Source of the DNA: Alphaproteobacteria bacterium
GTDB lineage: Bacteria; Pseudomonadota; Alphaproteobacteria; GCA-2731375
DNA: 64,000 bases
Direction of reading: 5' to 3'
Assembly: GCA_965232515.1 (NCBI GenBank)
Contig: CBDDPY010000002.1
Coordinates: forward strand, 480,001 to 544,000
The stretch's first letter is position 1. Every line of letters starts with the position of its first letter. The position numbers were made by a program, and so were the translations under genes. Below, piece by piece: positions 9,466 through 18,714 of the stretch. The notes beneath the pieces were generated by a model. It was not told the origin of the DNA, ran no database searches, and saw only the letters and a program-made list of their open reading frames with translations.

Positions 9466-10317
9466 ATGAATCTTGCCGATCGTGACCGGCTCGGCCGGCT
9501 TCATCCCGAGACCGTGGAGGTCGTTGACGGCCTGCGTTGGGGCGTGATCGACACCGGGCCGGCGCCGTCCGGCACGACGCTGTTGTTGCTGCCCGGCACG
9601 CTGGGGCGGGCCGATATCTTCTGGCAGCAGATCCTGGCGCTCAAGGACCGCGTGCGGGTGCTGGCGGTGACTTATCCGCGCAACGCCGATCTCGACCGGT
9701 GGGTCGCCTGCCTCGTGCGACTGCTCGACCGCCGGCATATCGCGCAAGCGACCGTACTCGGCTCGTCGCTCGGCGGCTATCTGGCGCAACTCTTCGCCGC
9801 CCGCCGGCCCGAGCGGACCGTCAGCCTGATCGCCGCCAATACCCTGTCGTCGACGGCGGGGATCGCCGACCGGCCGCCATACTCGGCCGACATCGCGGCG
9901 CTGTCGGTCGCGGCCATGCGGCGCGGCTACCGCGACCGGCTGGAGGCGTGGGGCGTGGCGCATCCCGAACAGGCGGGGCTGGTGACGCTATTGCTGGCCG
10001 AGGTCGACGGTCGTATTCCGGCCGGGCATCTGAAGGCGCGGATGCAGGCGCTCAAGGTCGCGCCGCCACTGCCGCGGATCAGCCTGGCGTCGGAACGGAT
10101 CGCCATCGTCGAGTGCGCGGACGATCCGATCGTACCGGCGCCGATCCGGGAAAGCGTGCATGCCCATCTCGATGCCGGCGTCTGCTACCGGTTCCGCCAC
10201 GGCGGGCACTTCCCTTATTTGGTGCGGCCTGACGAATACACGACAATATTGTCCGAGCGGCTCGGGCTTGCCGAAGGCGCGTCGGTCTGGGGCGAAGGGC
10301 GGGAGAGGGCGGCCTAG
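9466..10317 (+). CDS. Alpha/beta hydrolase (maspardin-like)
   Basis: LLPGTLGRADIFWQQI, GSSLGG nucleophile elbow, DDP, GGHFPY. Confidence 0.85.
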   Translation: MNLADRDRLGRLHPETVEVVDGLRWGVIDTGPAPSGTTLLLLPGTLGRADIFWQQILALKDRVRVLAVTYPRNADLDRWVACLVRLLDRRHIAQATVLGSSLGGYLAQLFAARRPERTVSLIAANTLSSTAGIADRPPYSADIAALSVAAMRRGYRDRLEAWGVAHPEQAGLVTLLLAEVDGRIPAGHLKARMQALKVAPPLPRISLASERIAIVECADDPIVPAPIRESVHAHLDAGVCYRFRHGGHFPYLVRPDEYTTILSERLGLAEGASVWGEGRERAA

Positions 10318-10326
10318 GCGGCGACG

Positions 10327-10827
10327 TCAGCTCTCGACGGGCTCGGCGACGGCGCGGTCCTGCTCCCAGCCCTCGTGCTGCAGCACGATGCGCTCGATTG
10401 CGACCTCGTTGCCGTTCGCGTCCAGCTCGGGCAGGGCTTCGAACTCCGAAACCCAGGCACGGAAGATCATATAGCTCAGCACCACGTTGCCCTGCTGATT
10501 CAGGAGGTCGATACGCAGGTCCTTGCGGAAGTTTTTCAACGACATCGCCCCGTCCCCCTGCGGACTGTAGGCCAGCTCGGCCCAGTCGCGGAACGTCGTG
10601 TCGTGGGTGATGCCGCGCTCCAGCACGATGGGATCGAACGATGTCGCGCCCGGCGCCGTCAGCAGGTGGCTCGGCATGCGGCCGTCGCGGTGCAGCACCA
10701 CTTCCGTGCGCCGGCGCAGGCCGCCGATACGCGAGACGCCGGCGACGACATCGCCGTCCAGGATTAGCTGGAACTTGAAGCTCTTATAAGGATCGAGGCG
10801 ATGCGGGTTCGCGGGAAACGGGACCAT
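10327..10827 (-). CDS. Phage tail tube protein (T4 gp19-like, eCIS Afp1/5 type)
   Basis: DPYKSFKF, IVLERGIT, FRKDLRIDLLN, RAWVSEF..LPELDANGNEVAIE...LQHEGW. Confidence 0.9.
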   Translation of the reverse strand: MVPFPANPHRLDPYKSFKFQLILDGDVVAGVSRIGGLRRRTEVVLHRDGRMPSHLLTAPGATSFDPIVLERGITHDTTFRDWAELAYSPQGDGAMSLKNFRKDLRIDLLNQQGNVVLSYMIFRAWVSEFEALPELDANGNEVAIERIVLQHEGWEQDRAVAEPVES

Positions 10828-10862
10828 GAATATGCTCCATTCCTGTCGACGGCCGTGCGTCG

Positions 10863-12047
10863 TTAGTTGTGGCTGTCGGCGGTGCGCTGTTGAATACGTA
10901 GGATGACGAACTCGGCCGGCCGCACGGGCGCGAAGCCGACTGTGATGTTGACGAGACCCTGGTCGATGTCGGCCGCGGTGTGGGTGCCGCGGTCGCACCG
11001 GACGAAATAGGCGTCGCGGGGCGTGGCGCCCTGAAAGGCGCCGTTGCGGAAAAGCAAATGCAGGAACGAAGACACATTCAGCCGGATCTGGGCCCAGAGC
11101 GGTTCGCCGTTCGGCTCGAACACGGTCCATTGCACACCGGTCTCGATGCTGGCCTCGATAAACAGCGCCAGCCGCCGCACCGGCACGTAGCGCCACTCGG
11201 CGCCGCTGCCGGCAGGCTCCAGGCTGCGGGCGCCCCAGGCGACGATGCCGGCGCCCGGAAACGTCTTGATGACGTTGACCGAGCGATCGGTCAGACGCGC
11301 CAGATCGGCATCGCCGACGTCGGTCTCCAGGCCGCTGACACCGAATAATCCGGCGTCGACACCTGCCGGCGCTTTCCAGATACCGCGCTGTCTGTCGGTC
11401 CGGGCGTAGAGGCCGGCGATGCTGCCGCCCGGCGCGATCGCCCGGTCGCCGGTCCGTTTGCCGGGCGTCGTGGTCAGCAGCCGCGGAAAATACGTCGCGG
11501 CGTTGGCATGACGCAGTTTCGGGTTTGCCCGCAGCCAGGCCGTGACCGCCCGCGATGTGCGCCGGATTTTATCGCCATGCGGAATGTCATGCAGATAGAT
11601 CATGCGCCGCCGGTCCGCGTGGCCGACCGCGGCCGCGGCCACCTGGCCGGCTTCGGCGGCGGTCATGCGCGCCGTGTCGGGGGTCAGCAGCAGGTCCGCC
11701 GTGTCGGGCAGGGCGTGCAGCCCGGTCCCGCGATCTGCCCGGCCGATGATATCGCCGGCCCGGGCGGACGCACCCTTTCGACGTGAGTTCGACTTTGCAC
11801 GGACGATCCAGGCGCTCCGGCCGCCATTGGCGAAGAACTGCCGCACTGCCAGTGGAGCCTCCAGATCGCTGGAATCGGCGGCAAAGATCTCCGCCAGCTC
11901 GGCCGTCGAGGTGATTCGCACGACCTGGTCTACCGGACCCCGGGGAAAGGTCCCGACAATGGCGGCCACCCCGGTCTGCCGGCCGGCGATGGGCCGGATG
12001 CCCGGGGAAAGCTCTTGGACATAGACCTCCGCAGTCGTCAGCGTCAC
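10863..12047 (-). CDS. Contractile tail sheath protein (eCIS Afp2/3/4 type), compact 394 aa
   Basis: VYVQE, FFANGG, YFPRL, RGIWKAPAG, WGARSL, WRYVPVRRL, VFEPN..PLW, GFAPVRPAEFVILRI; GGAGG RBS before GTG 12047. Confidence 0.92.
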   Translation of the reverse strand: MTLTTAEVYVQELSPGIRPIAGRQTGVAAIVGTFPRGPVDQVVRITSTAELAEIFAADSSDLEAPLAVRQFFANGGRSAWIVRAKSNSRRKGASARAGDIIGRADRGTGLHALPDTADLLLTPDTARMTAAEAGQVAAAAVGHADRRRMIYLHDIPHGDKIRRTSRAVTAWLRANPKLRHANAATYFPRLLTTTPGKRTGDRAIAPGGSIAGLYARTDRQRGIWKAPAGVDAGLFGVSGLETDVGDADLARLTDRSVNVIKTFPGAGIVAWGARSLEPAGSGAEWRYVPVRRLALFIEASIETGVQWTVFEPNGEPLWAQIRLNVSSFLHLLFRNGAFQGATPRDAYFVRCDRGTHTAADIDQGLVNITVGFAPVRPAEFVILRIQQRTADSHN

Positions 12048-12564
12048 GAACGCTCCTCCCATGATCTCGGGCTGCGCCAAATGGTGGGACGACGCGGCCA
12101 TTGGGAAGATTTACCGGGGTCAAGCAAAGCTTCGAATGAACTGCTTCACATCCTCGACAAAGACCAGGCTAGTCATAGAGGACGCTGCCCGCCGACCAAG
12201 ATACGGGCAGGCGTGAACAGGTCGTGTGACCGGTTGACCCATGTAACGGGCAAGTCGAGCAAACCGGTCCGCGGTCGTGCAAGCGGATGTCGATTTGACG
12301 CTTCACGAGCCCCGATGCGCGGCATCGGTACGGCGTCACGACCCGACTTTGCGTTAACCAGTCTTTTACTCTTGTCCCTCAGTGTGGCGCGCGCGGGCTT
12401 GTGGATAACCCGTTTGACCAACGTTGAGGACTGCGAAGCAATTGTATCGGAACTGCCCGCTCCCTACGGATGACGTTCTCATTCTTGCTCAAAGCACATC
12501 CACTCAAAACCCTTACTCCACTCCAATCAACAACATCATCATCATCAGCACAGAGGTGTGAGAG

Positions 12565-13806
12565 ATGCCGAAGAAGGTTGTAACGGCCAGGGCCAAGAAA
12601 AAGCCCGTCAAGGCCAAAGCTGCCGTTCGCAAAACGGCCGCGAAACGAACGAGCACCGCGCGCAAGCGCGTTGCCGCTAAGCGCGTGACCGCCCGCAAGA
12701 GCACCGTCCGCCGCGCCAGCACGGCCCGGAAGACGACTGCCAAGAAGCGTCCGGCCGCGAAGAAGAGCACGGCTCGCAAGACGACCGCGCGCAAGACGAC
12801 GGCCCGCAAGACCGTCGCCCGGAAGCGCCCGGCCGCCAAGAAGACGACCGCCCGGAAGACGACGGCTCGCAAGACCGTCGCCAAGAAGCGTCCGGTCGCC
12901 AAGAAGCGCACCGTCGCGAAGAAGAGCACGGCTCGTAAGACGACCGCGCGCAAGACGACGGCCCGCAAGACCGTCGCCCGGAAGCGCCCGGCCGCCAAGA
13001 AGCGCGTCGTTCGCAAGTCCACGGCCCGTAAGTCGACCGCTCGGAAGACTGTCGCCCGGAAGCGTCCGGCGGCGAAGCGCACCGTTCGCAAGTCGACCGC
13101 TCGGAAGACCGTCGCCCGGAAGCGTCCGGCGGCGAAGCGTACCGTTCGCAAGTCGACCGCTCGGAAGACTGTCGCCCGGAAGCGTCCGGCGGCGAAGCGT
13201 ACCGTTCGCAAGTCGACCGCTCGGAAGACTGTCGCCCGGAAGCGTCCGGCGGCGAAGCGCACCGTTCGCAAGTCGACCGCTCGGAAGACCGTCGCCCGGA
13301 AGCGTCCGGCGGCGAAGCGCACCGTTCGCAAGTCGACCGCTCGGAAGACCGTCGCCCGGAAGCGTCCGGCGGCGAAGCGTACCGTTCGCAAGTCGACCGC
13401 TCGGAAGACTGTCGCCCGGAAGCGTCCGGCGGCGAAGCGTACCGTTCGCAAGTCGACCGCTCGGAAGACTGTCGCCCGGAAGCGTCCGGCGGCGAAGCGC
13501 ACCGTTCGCAAGTCGACCGCTCGGAAGACCGTCGCCCGGAAGCGTCCGGCGGCGAAGCGTACCGTTCGCAAGTCGACCGCGCGTAAGACTGTTGCGCGCA
13601 AGCGCGTGGTCGCCAAGAAGCGTCCGGCCGCGAAAAAGCGTACGACCGCTCGTAAGGTCAGTGCGCGTCGGCCCGTCCGCAAGGCGAGCGCGCGTAAGCG
13701 CGTGTCGATGAAGCGGGCTCGCCGTCCTGTCGCTCGGAAGATCAGCCGGGCCCGGACCGTGAGCCGGCGTTCGGTCGCCAAGCGGTCGATGCGGAAGGCT
13801 GCTTGA
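12565..13806 (+). CDS. Histone H1-like, very basic nucleoid-type protein
   Basis: 413 aa almost entirely K/R/A/T/V/S/P with no acidic or aromatic residues; GAGG RBS; codon usage fits the host. Confidence 0.8.
   Translation: MPKKVVTARAKKKPVKAKAAVRKTAAKRTSTARKRVAAKRVTARKSTVRRASTARKTTAKKRPAAKKSTARKTTARKTTARKTVARKRPAAKKTTARKTTARKTVAKKRPVAKKRTVAKKSTARKTTARKTTARKTVARKRPAAKKRVVRKSTARKSTARKTVARKRPAAKRTVRKSTARKTVARKRPAAKRTVRKSTARKTVARKRPAAKRTVRKSTARKTVARKRPAAKRTVRKSTARKTVARKRPAAKRTVRKSTARKTVARKRPAAKRTVRKSTARKTVARKRPAAKRTVRKSTARKTVARKRPAAKRTVRKSTARKTVARKRPAAKRTVRKSTARKTVARKRVVAKKRPAAKKRTTARKVSARRPVRKASARKRVSMKRARRPVARKISRARTVSRRSVAKRSMRKAA
13030..13580 (+). repeat. 60-bp tandem repeat, about 9 copies (RKSTARKTVARKRPAAKRTV)
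   Basis: Successive 60-nt blocks 13081-13560 are identical except at two synonymous C/T positions. Confidence 0.95.
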
Positions 13807-13814
13807 CTGCCTTA

Positions 13815-13912
13815 GGGGACCGTCCGGTCACGATTTGAGGACGGTCCCCATAAGGCGCTTATACTCCAGTCCTTCGACAGGCGGCGGTTCCCCGGAACCG
13901 CCGTTTCTCGTT
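13815..13912 (+). terminator. Two hairpins downstream of the H1-like gene; second is a probable intrinsic terminator
   Basis: GGGGACCGTCC/GGACGGTCCCC (13815-13849) and CGGCGGTTCC/GGAACCGCCG (13882-13903) followed by TTTCTCGTTT. Confidence 0.6.
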
Positions 13913-13960
13913 TCTGCCCGGCGTTAACCATCGGCGGATTGCCAAATAGGGGGAACCGTA

Positions 13961-15178
13961 ATGCGTGCGCCTCGAACGCTTATCGTTGCCTTGATGGTCC
14001 TTGGTCTGGCCGGCTGTCAATCCGGCAAGCTCGCGCCCAAGCTGGACGCGGAACGGGCCCAGCTGGAAGATCTTCGCCGCCTGGTGTCGATGCTGGACGA
14101 GACGGTCCAGGTGCAGCGCCGGCTCGGCACCGTAAGCCATCGCCTGACCGTCGCCGGTGCCGAGATCTGTGGCGATCGGACCAGGCCCTACTACGGCATA
14201 AATCTGATTGGACACCCGCGGGATGTCGCGCGTCTGCGGCACCGCGACATTTATCGCCAGGCTTTCGGCCTGGGCGATGGATTTACCATCGTCGATCTGA
14301 CGGCGGATGGTCCGGCGGCTGAAGCCGGGCTGCGCGCCGGCGACGTTGTCGTCGCCCTCGCCGGCGAACCCGTCGTCGGCCCGGCCGATGCCGGGCGTTT
14401 GTCGCGCCTCTTCGGCGGCGCCGGCGGCCGGCTCGCGATCGACATCGCCCGCGATGGCGCGACTGAAGCCGTTGAGATCGCGCCCGTGTCGGAGTGCGCT
14501 CAGGATGTGCGGCTGGCCGGCGGCAACGCCGTCGCCATTGACGCGCTGGCCGGCCCGGTGCTTGTCACGCCCGGCATGGTGCGCTTTGCGGTTACGGATG
14601 ACGAGCTTGCGGTCGTCGTCGCGCATGCTCTCGCCCGTGCTCTGCTTGATCCGGCGCCGCGGTCCGCCGCCACCGTCGCCGTGCCCAAAGGGGTGACATC
14701 GGCGATCGGCTCGGCTGCCGGCGTCAGGGTCCGGCCGATCGATATCGAGATTGGCGACCGGCAGCTCGGCGCCGCCGCCGAGGCCAAGGCCGACCAGCTC
14801 GGCCTCTATCTCGCCGCTCGCGCCGGCTTTGACGTCAGCCATGCTGCCCGGTTCTGGCGCCGGCTGGCGGTCGCGCATCCGCGCGCGGTCCATGGCGACC
14901 GCACCGGGGCCCGCCCCGGATTGGCGAAGCGCCTCGCGGCGATCGAGCAGACCGTGCGGGACATCGCAACGAAGCAGCGGGACGGCGCGGCGCTGCTGCC
15001 GGCTGGGGTCGATCTGCCGGTGGCCGCCATGCCGACGGAGGCCGACCTGGTCGATCTGCCGAGTTCGGTGCGCGATCACGCCATTATCGCGGCGCGTCAG
15101 TCGCGCGAGCCGTTTCAGCGCTTCTGGGGACGCGCCCGCAGCGTACAATGGGTTGAGCAGCCGACGTCCGACGAGTGA
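13961..15178 (+). CDS. Lipoprotein with PDZ domain and degenerate M48 peptidase-like domain
   Basis: Lipobox LAGC; GPAAEAGLRAGDVV (PDZ); DDELAVVVAHALAR, EAKADQLGLYLAARAGFD, FWRRL. Confidence 0.75.
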   Translation: MRAPRTLIVALMVLGLAGCQSGKLAPKLDAERAQLEDLRRLVSMLDETVQVQRRLGTVSHRLTVAGAEICGDRTRPYYGINLIGHPRDVARLRHRDIYRQAFGLGDGFTIVDLTADGPAAEAGLRAGDVVVALAGEPVVGPADAGRLSRLFGGAGGRLAIDIARDGATEAVEIAPVSECAQDVRLAGGNAVAIDALAGPVLVTPGMVRFAVTDDELAVVVAHALARALLDPAPRSAATVAVPKGVTSAIGSAAGVRVRPIDIEIGDRQLGAAAEAKADQLGLYLAARAGFDVSHAARFWRRLAVAHPRAVHGDRTGARPGLAKRLAAIEQTVRDIATKQRDGAALLPAGVDLPVAAMPTEADLVDLPSSVRDHAIIAARQSREPFQRFWGRARSVQWVEQPTSDE

Positions 15179-15285
15179 TCGAGGACACAGACGGCGTCGT
15201 CTCCGGGTGCCAGATATGATCGAGCGGCCATTGCCGGCGCCGTTTGCGGGCAGCTGCCGTTTGTTGTTGTTGAAGGTTCGGGCAT

Positions 15286-16845
15286 ATGCCGGCAAAGGTT
15301 CTCGCCATCGGTCTCGATGCGGCTGAAGCGACGTTGATCGAACGTTGGGCCGCGGCCGGTGACTTGCCGACATTTCGCCGCTTGGGCGAGACCGGCGCGG
15401 TTTGCCGCATGGGCAACTCGCTGGAGACGCTGCCGGGCGCGATCTGGCCCGAGCTGACCAGCGGCATGTCCTGCGGCCGGCGCCCGCTCTATTACCATTC
15501 CGCGCAGTTGCATACCGGCGAAACGACGCCGCGCGCGGTCGCTGTCGACGACGTCGATCCCGACGAGTACTACTGGGTAAAGGTTAACGCGGCGGGTCGT
15601 CGTGTCGCCGCCGTCGACCTCCCGCAGACCGTGCCGGCATCCGGCTTCGATGGCATTCAGCTGTTTGAATGGGGCCTGCACGACCGGAATTTTTCGATCG
15701 CCAGCCAACCGCCGGCGTTGCTGTCCGAAATCAAACAGCAGTACGGCGACCATCCGGTGACGGCCTGCGACGCGCACGGCGAGACTCCCGCCGGCTACCG
15801 GCGTCTGCGTGAAGGGTTGTTGACGGGCGCGACGCGCAAGACCGAGCTGCTGCTGGACTTGCTGGGCCGCGAGGATTGGGACCTTTTCACCTGCGCCTAT
15901 GGCGAGACGCATTGTGTCGGCCATCAGTTCTGGCGCTTCTTCGAAGCTGCCGCCGGCGCGCCCGGGGAGTTCGCCGACACCATTCCGGCCCTTTACCGCG
16001 AGATCGACGCCGGCATCGGCCGCCTGCTTTCGGCCGCGGGCCCGGATGCGGTCGCGCTGATCTATACCAGCCACGGCATGGGACCCTATATCGGCGGCTA
16101 TCAGCTTTTGCCCGAGGTGCTGATCCGGCTCGGCCTGGGTGCGATCGAACCCGCCCGTCCGATGGTCGCGCACCGGATCCGCCGCTGGCACGCGCTGGCG
16201 GCGCGACTGCCGAATTCATGGCGGCCATTTATCCGCGCGGTCGGCCGGACGGCAATGCTGCGCGGGCTCAAGGCGTCGACCGGCATCGAGCTCGATCCGC
16301 TGTCGTCCTCGAAAGTTCGCGCCATCGCGGTGAAGAACAACCGCTGCGGCGCGATCCGTCTGAACCTGCGCGGCCGCGAGCCGTTCGGCGCCGTCGAACC
16401 GGGCCGGGAGGCCGAAGCCGTGTTGTCGGAACTGCGCCGGGAGCTGGCGGCGTTGCGCGAGCCTGAAACCAACGAACCGATCGTCGATCATACGATAACG
16501 GCCGAGGAAGCGTTCGGCCGCGACCACCACCCCGATGCGCCGGACCTGATGGTGGTGTTCCGAACCAATCTCGGCCCCATCGAGGCCTGCCGATCCGATC
16601 GCGTCGGCACGGTCCGGGTGCCGATCTATCATCCGAATATTCCGCGGACCGGCGACCATACCGTCGAATCCAGGCTTTGGGCGGTCGGTCCCGGCATCGC
16701 GGCGGGCGAACGCCTGCCGGACGCGAACGTGCTCGATCTGGCGCCGACGATCCTGCGGCTGCTCGACGTGCCGTTGACCGGCACGTTCGACGGTCGGCCG
16801 ATCCCGGCCATCGTATCGATGCAGACGGTCGCGCCGGCGGGCTGA
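15286..16845 (+). CDS. Alkaline phosphatase superfamily / type I phosphodiesterase-nucleotide pyrophosphatase
   Basis: VLAIGLDAA, ETHCVGHQFW, TSHGM, RTGDH, DLAPTIL. Confidence 0.8.
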   Translation: MPAKVLAIGLDAAEATLIERWAAAGDLPTFRRLGETGAVCRMGNSLETLPGAIWPELTSGMSCGRRPLYYHSAQLHTGETTPRAVAVDDVDPDEYYWVKVNAAGRRVAAVDLPQTVPASGFDGIQLFEWGLHDRNFSIASQPPALLSEIKQQYGDHPVTACDAHGETPAGYRRLREGLLTGATRKTELLLDLLGREDWDLFTCAYGETHCVGHQFWRFFEAAAGAPGEFADTIPALYREIDAGIGRLLSAAGPDAVALIYTSHGMGPYIGGYQLLPEVLIRLGLGAIEPARPMVAHRIRRWHALAARLPNSWRPFIRAVGRTAMLRGLKASTGIELDPLSSSKVRAIAVKNNRCGAIRLNLRGREPFGAVEPGREAEAVLSELRRELAALREPETNEPIVDHTITAEEAFGRDHHPDAPDLMVVFRTNLGPIEACRSDRVGTVRVPIYHPNIPRTGDHTVESRLWAVGPGIAAGERLPDANVLDLAPTILRLLDVPLTGTFDGRPIPAIVSMQTVAPAG

Positions 16846-16869
16846 TCCGGTTTTCGAAGAGGGAAGCCG

Positions 16870-17802
16870 ATGACTCTTGATGTATCGGTTGTCGTCGTTT
16901 CCGACTATGCCGGCGGTGACGCCAAGTCGTGGGACGATCTGCGCAAGACGCTAACCAGCTTGTCGCGGCAGGATTTCCAGGGGCAGGCCGAATTCATCCT
17001 CGTCGAGGCGGCGGAATTCCGCGACACCATTCCCGCCGAACTCGAGCGGATCATCCCCGGTCTGCGCATCGTCTGGTCCGAGGCGACGGCGTCCTACGAT
17101 ATGAAGAACGCAGGCGCCGAGGCGGCGACGGCGGACATCGTCGCCATGCTGGACGCGGACTGCACGCCGTGCGAGGTCTGGCTTCGTCGTCTGGTCGACA
17201 CGATGCGCGCCTATCCCGATGCCGTTGCCGTCAGCGGCAAGACCACCTATCCCGGTCGCACGCTGCTCGAGCGCATCCTGGCGCTGATTGGCCGATCGTT
17301 CCTCTATCGCCGCCAGACCGGGGACACGGATTCGATTTCGAACAATAACGCCGGTTACCGGCGCGACATTCTGCTGCGCTACCCGCTGTCGAACGCCATC
17401 GGACCGTTCGGCGCGGGCCTGCAGAACACGGCGATTGTCTGCGACGGCCACCGGGTGATGTTCGAGCCGCGCATGCAAGCGGTGCATGACTTCGAAGGTT
17501 GGGCGATGGAGCGCGATGTCCGGCGAAATGTCGGCTATGCAACCGTTGCCGTGCGTCAATACGAGCCGCGAACCAAGCAATCCTGGTTCGTCCAGCTGGG
17601 CGTCTTCAGCCTGCCGCTGTTCTATGCCGGGCGGGTGCTGATGTCGTCGCGGCAGTGTGTTCGCTACCACCGCGACTACCGGGTGCCAGGCTACGCCTTG
17701 CCGATGGCGTTGGTACTGGCGTTCATCGTGCACGCTATGGAATTGCCGGGCATGCTATGGGCATTCCGCAACCGGCCGATCACCGACACGGTTTACCGTT
17801 AG
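16870..17802 (+). CDS. Glycosyltransferase family 2
   Basis: VSVVVV, KNAGAEAA, MLDADC (DxD), hydrophobic C-terminus. Confidence 0.85.
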   Translation: MTLDVSVVVVSDYAGGDAKSWDDLRKTLTSLSRQDFQGQAEFILVEAAEFRDTIPAELERIIPGLRIVWSEATASYDMKNAGAEAATADIVAMLDADCTPCEVWLRRLVDTMRAYPDAVAVSGKTTYPGRTLLERILALIGRSFLYRRQTGDTDSISNNNAGYRRDILLRYPLSNAIGPFGAGLQNTAIVCDGHRVMFEPRMQAVHDFEGWAMERDVRRNVGYATVAVRQYEPRTKQSWFVQLGVFSLPLFYAGRVLMSSRQCVRYHRDYRVPGYALPMALVLAFIVHAMELPGMLWAFRNRPITDTVYR

Positions 17803-18302
17803 CAAGGCGAGGCAGGTTTTCGAGCGAAGCTGCCGAGGATGTAGCTGAAGGCGGGGATCGGCGCGTCGTCGGCGCGCACAGGCACGCAGCAGAGCCGGTA
17901 ATTGGTGAGCCGGCCTCGCGGTTCCCAGTAGGTGCCGGCCAGATAGGCCGGTTGGCTCCCGGCCTTTGCCTCGCCACAGAGGCGATACAGTGCGTCGCGC
18001 ACCACGGTCTGGCGCATTGACGAAAGCGTCTGCCCAACGGCGGCGCGCAAGTCCTCGAATTCCACCCGCTCGCCACAAAGGACGACGATCGAGTCGGCCG
18101 GGCTGTCGCCGATGAGCAACAGAAAACTGGCTTCGCGAATGCCCGGGTGCGCGTTGAGCGACATGTCGTGCAGACTGGGGGGCGTCCCGTCCCGGCGGGC
18201 CTGGCGCCAGTGCGCGATCAGCCTTCTATCCGCGCGACGTTCGTCGGTCTCCGTCCGAGGCAGTCGATCGTCGTCGGCGTCGACCATCACAGCCGCCGGC
18301 AT
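17799..18302 (-). CDS. PAS-like (PAS_5/DUF1457-type) domain protein
   Basis: ERR...LIAHWRQAR...PPSLHDM...YRLCCVPV...YILG pattern; start uncertain. Confidence 0.55.
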   Translation of the reverse strand: MPAAVMVDADDDRLPRTETDERRADRRLIAHWRQARRDGTPPSLHDMSLNAHPGIREASFLLLIGDSPADSIVVLCGERVEFEDLRAAVGQTLSSMRQTVVRDALYRLCGEAKAGSQPAYLAGTYWEPRGRLTNYRLCCVPVRADDAPIPAFSYILGSFARKPASPC

Positions 18303-18714
18303 GTGATGGCGTTTGCCGGCATTCGCGGCGGGTCGGCGACATCGGCATACAATCGGGGGCCGGGGGCTTGTTGACGGTGCTCCGTCGCCCGGGAACATGC
18401 CGTTTCGACGTTGACGCAAGACATGACATCAACGTAGCGCTCCGAATTCGGACGCTGTATCAGGAATTCTACCTAATACTATCGCGGTGATCTTGTGACT
18501 TCGGTCGTATCTAGTATTCGTAAGATCTAATGGCTTAACGATCCTCGAAATACGCCGGGCGCGCCGCTTTGGTCGGTATTCGCATTCGCGAGTACGATAG
18601 GCATTCGAACTGAAATCCATCATATTTCGAAATAGGCATGTTGCCTAAATCGAGGAGTTGTTTGTGATATCCATACGTATTCACAGAAGTGAAATAAAAA
18701 ATTCATAAACAAGA

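Noticed and set aside
10327-12047. Prophage
   Set aside because: No capsid, terminase, integrase or lysis genes; sheath and tube look eCIS-type and composition is host-like.
13030-13580. CRISPR array
   Set aside because: Contiguous in-frame coding repeats with no unique spacers and no cas genes.
12513-13781. 422-aa antisense repeat ORF
   Set aside because: Mirror of the H1-like gene; the plus strand has the RBS and its repeat variation is synonymous.
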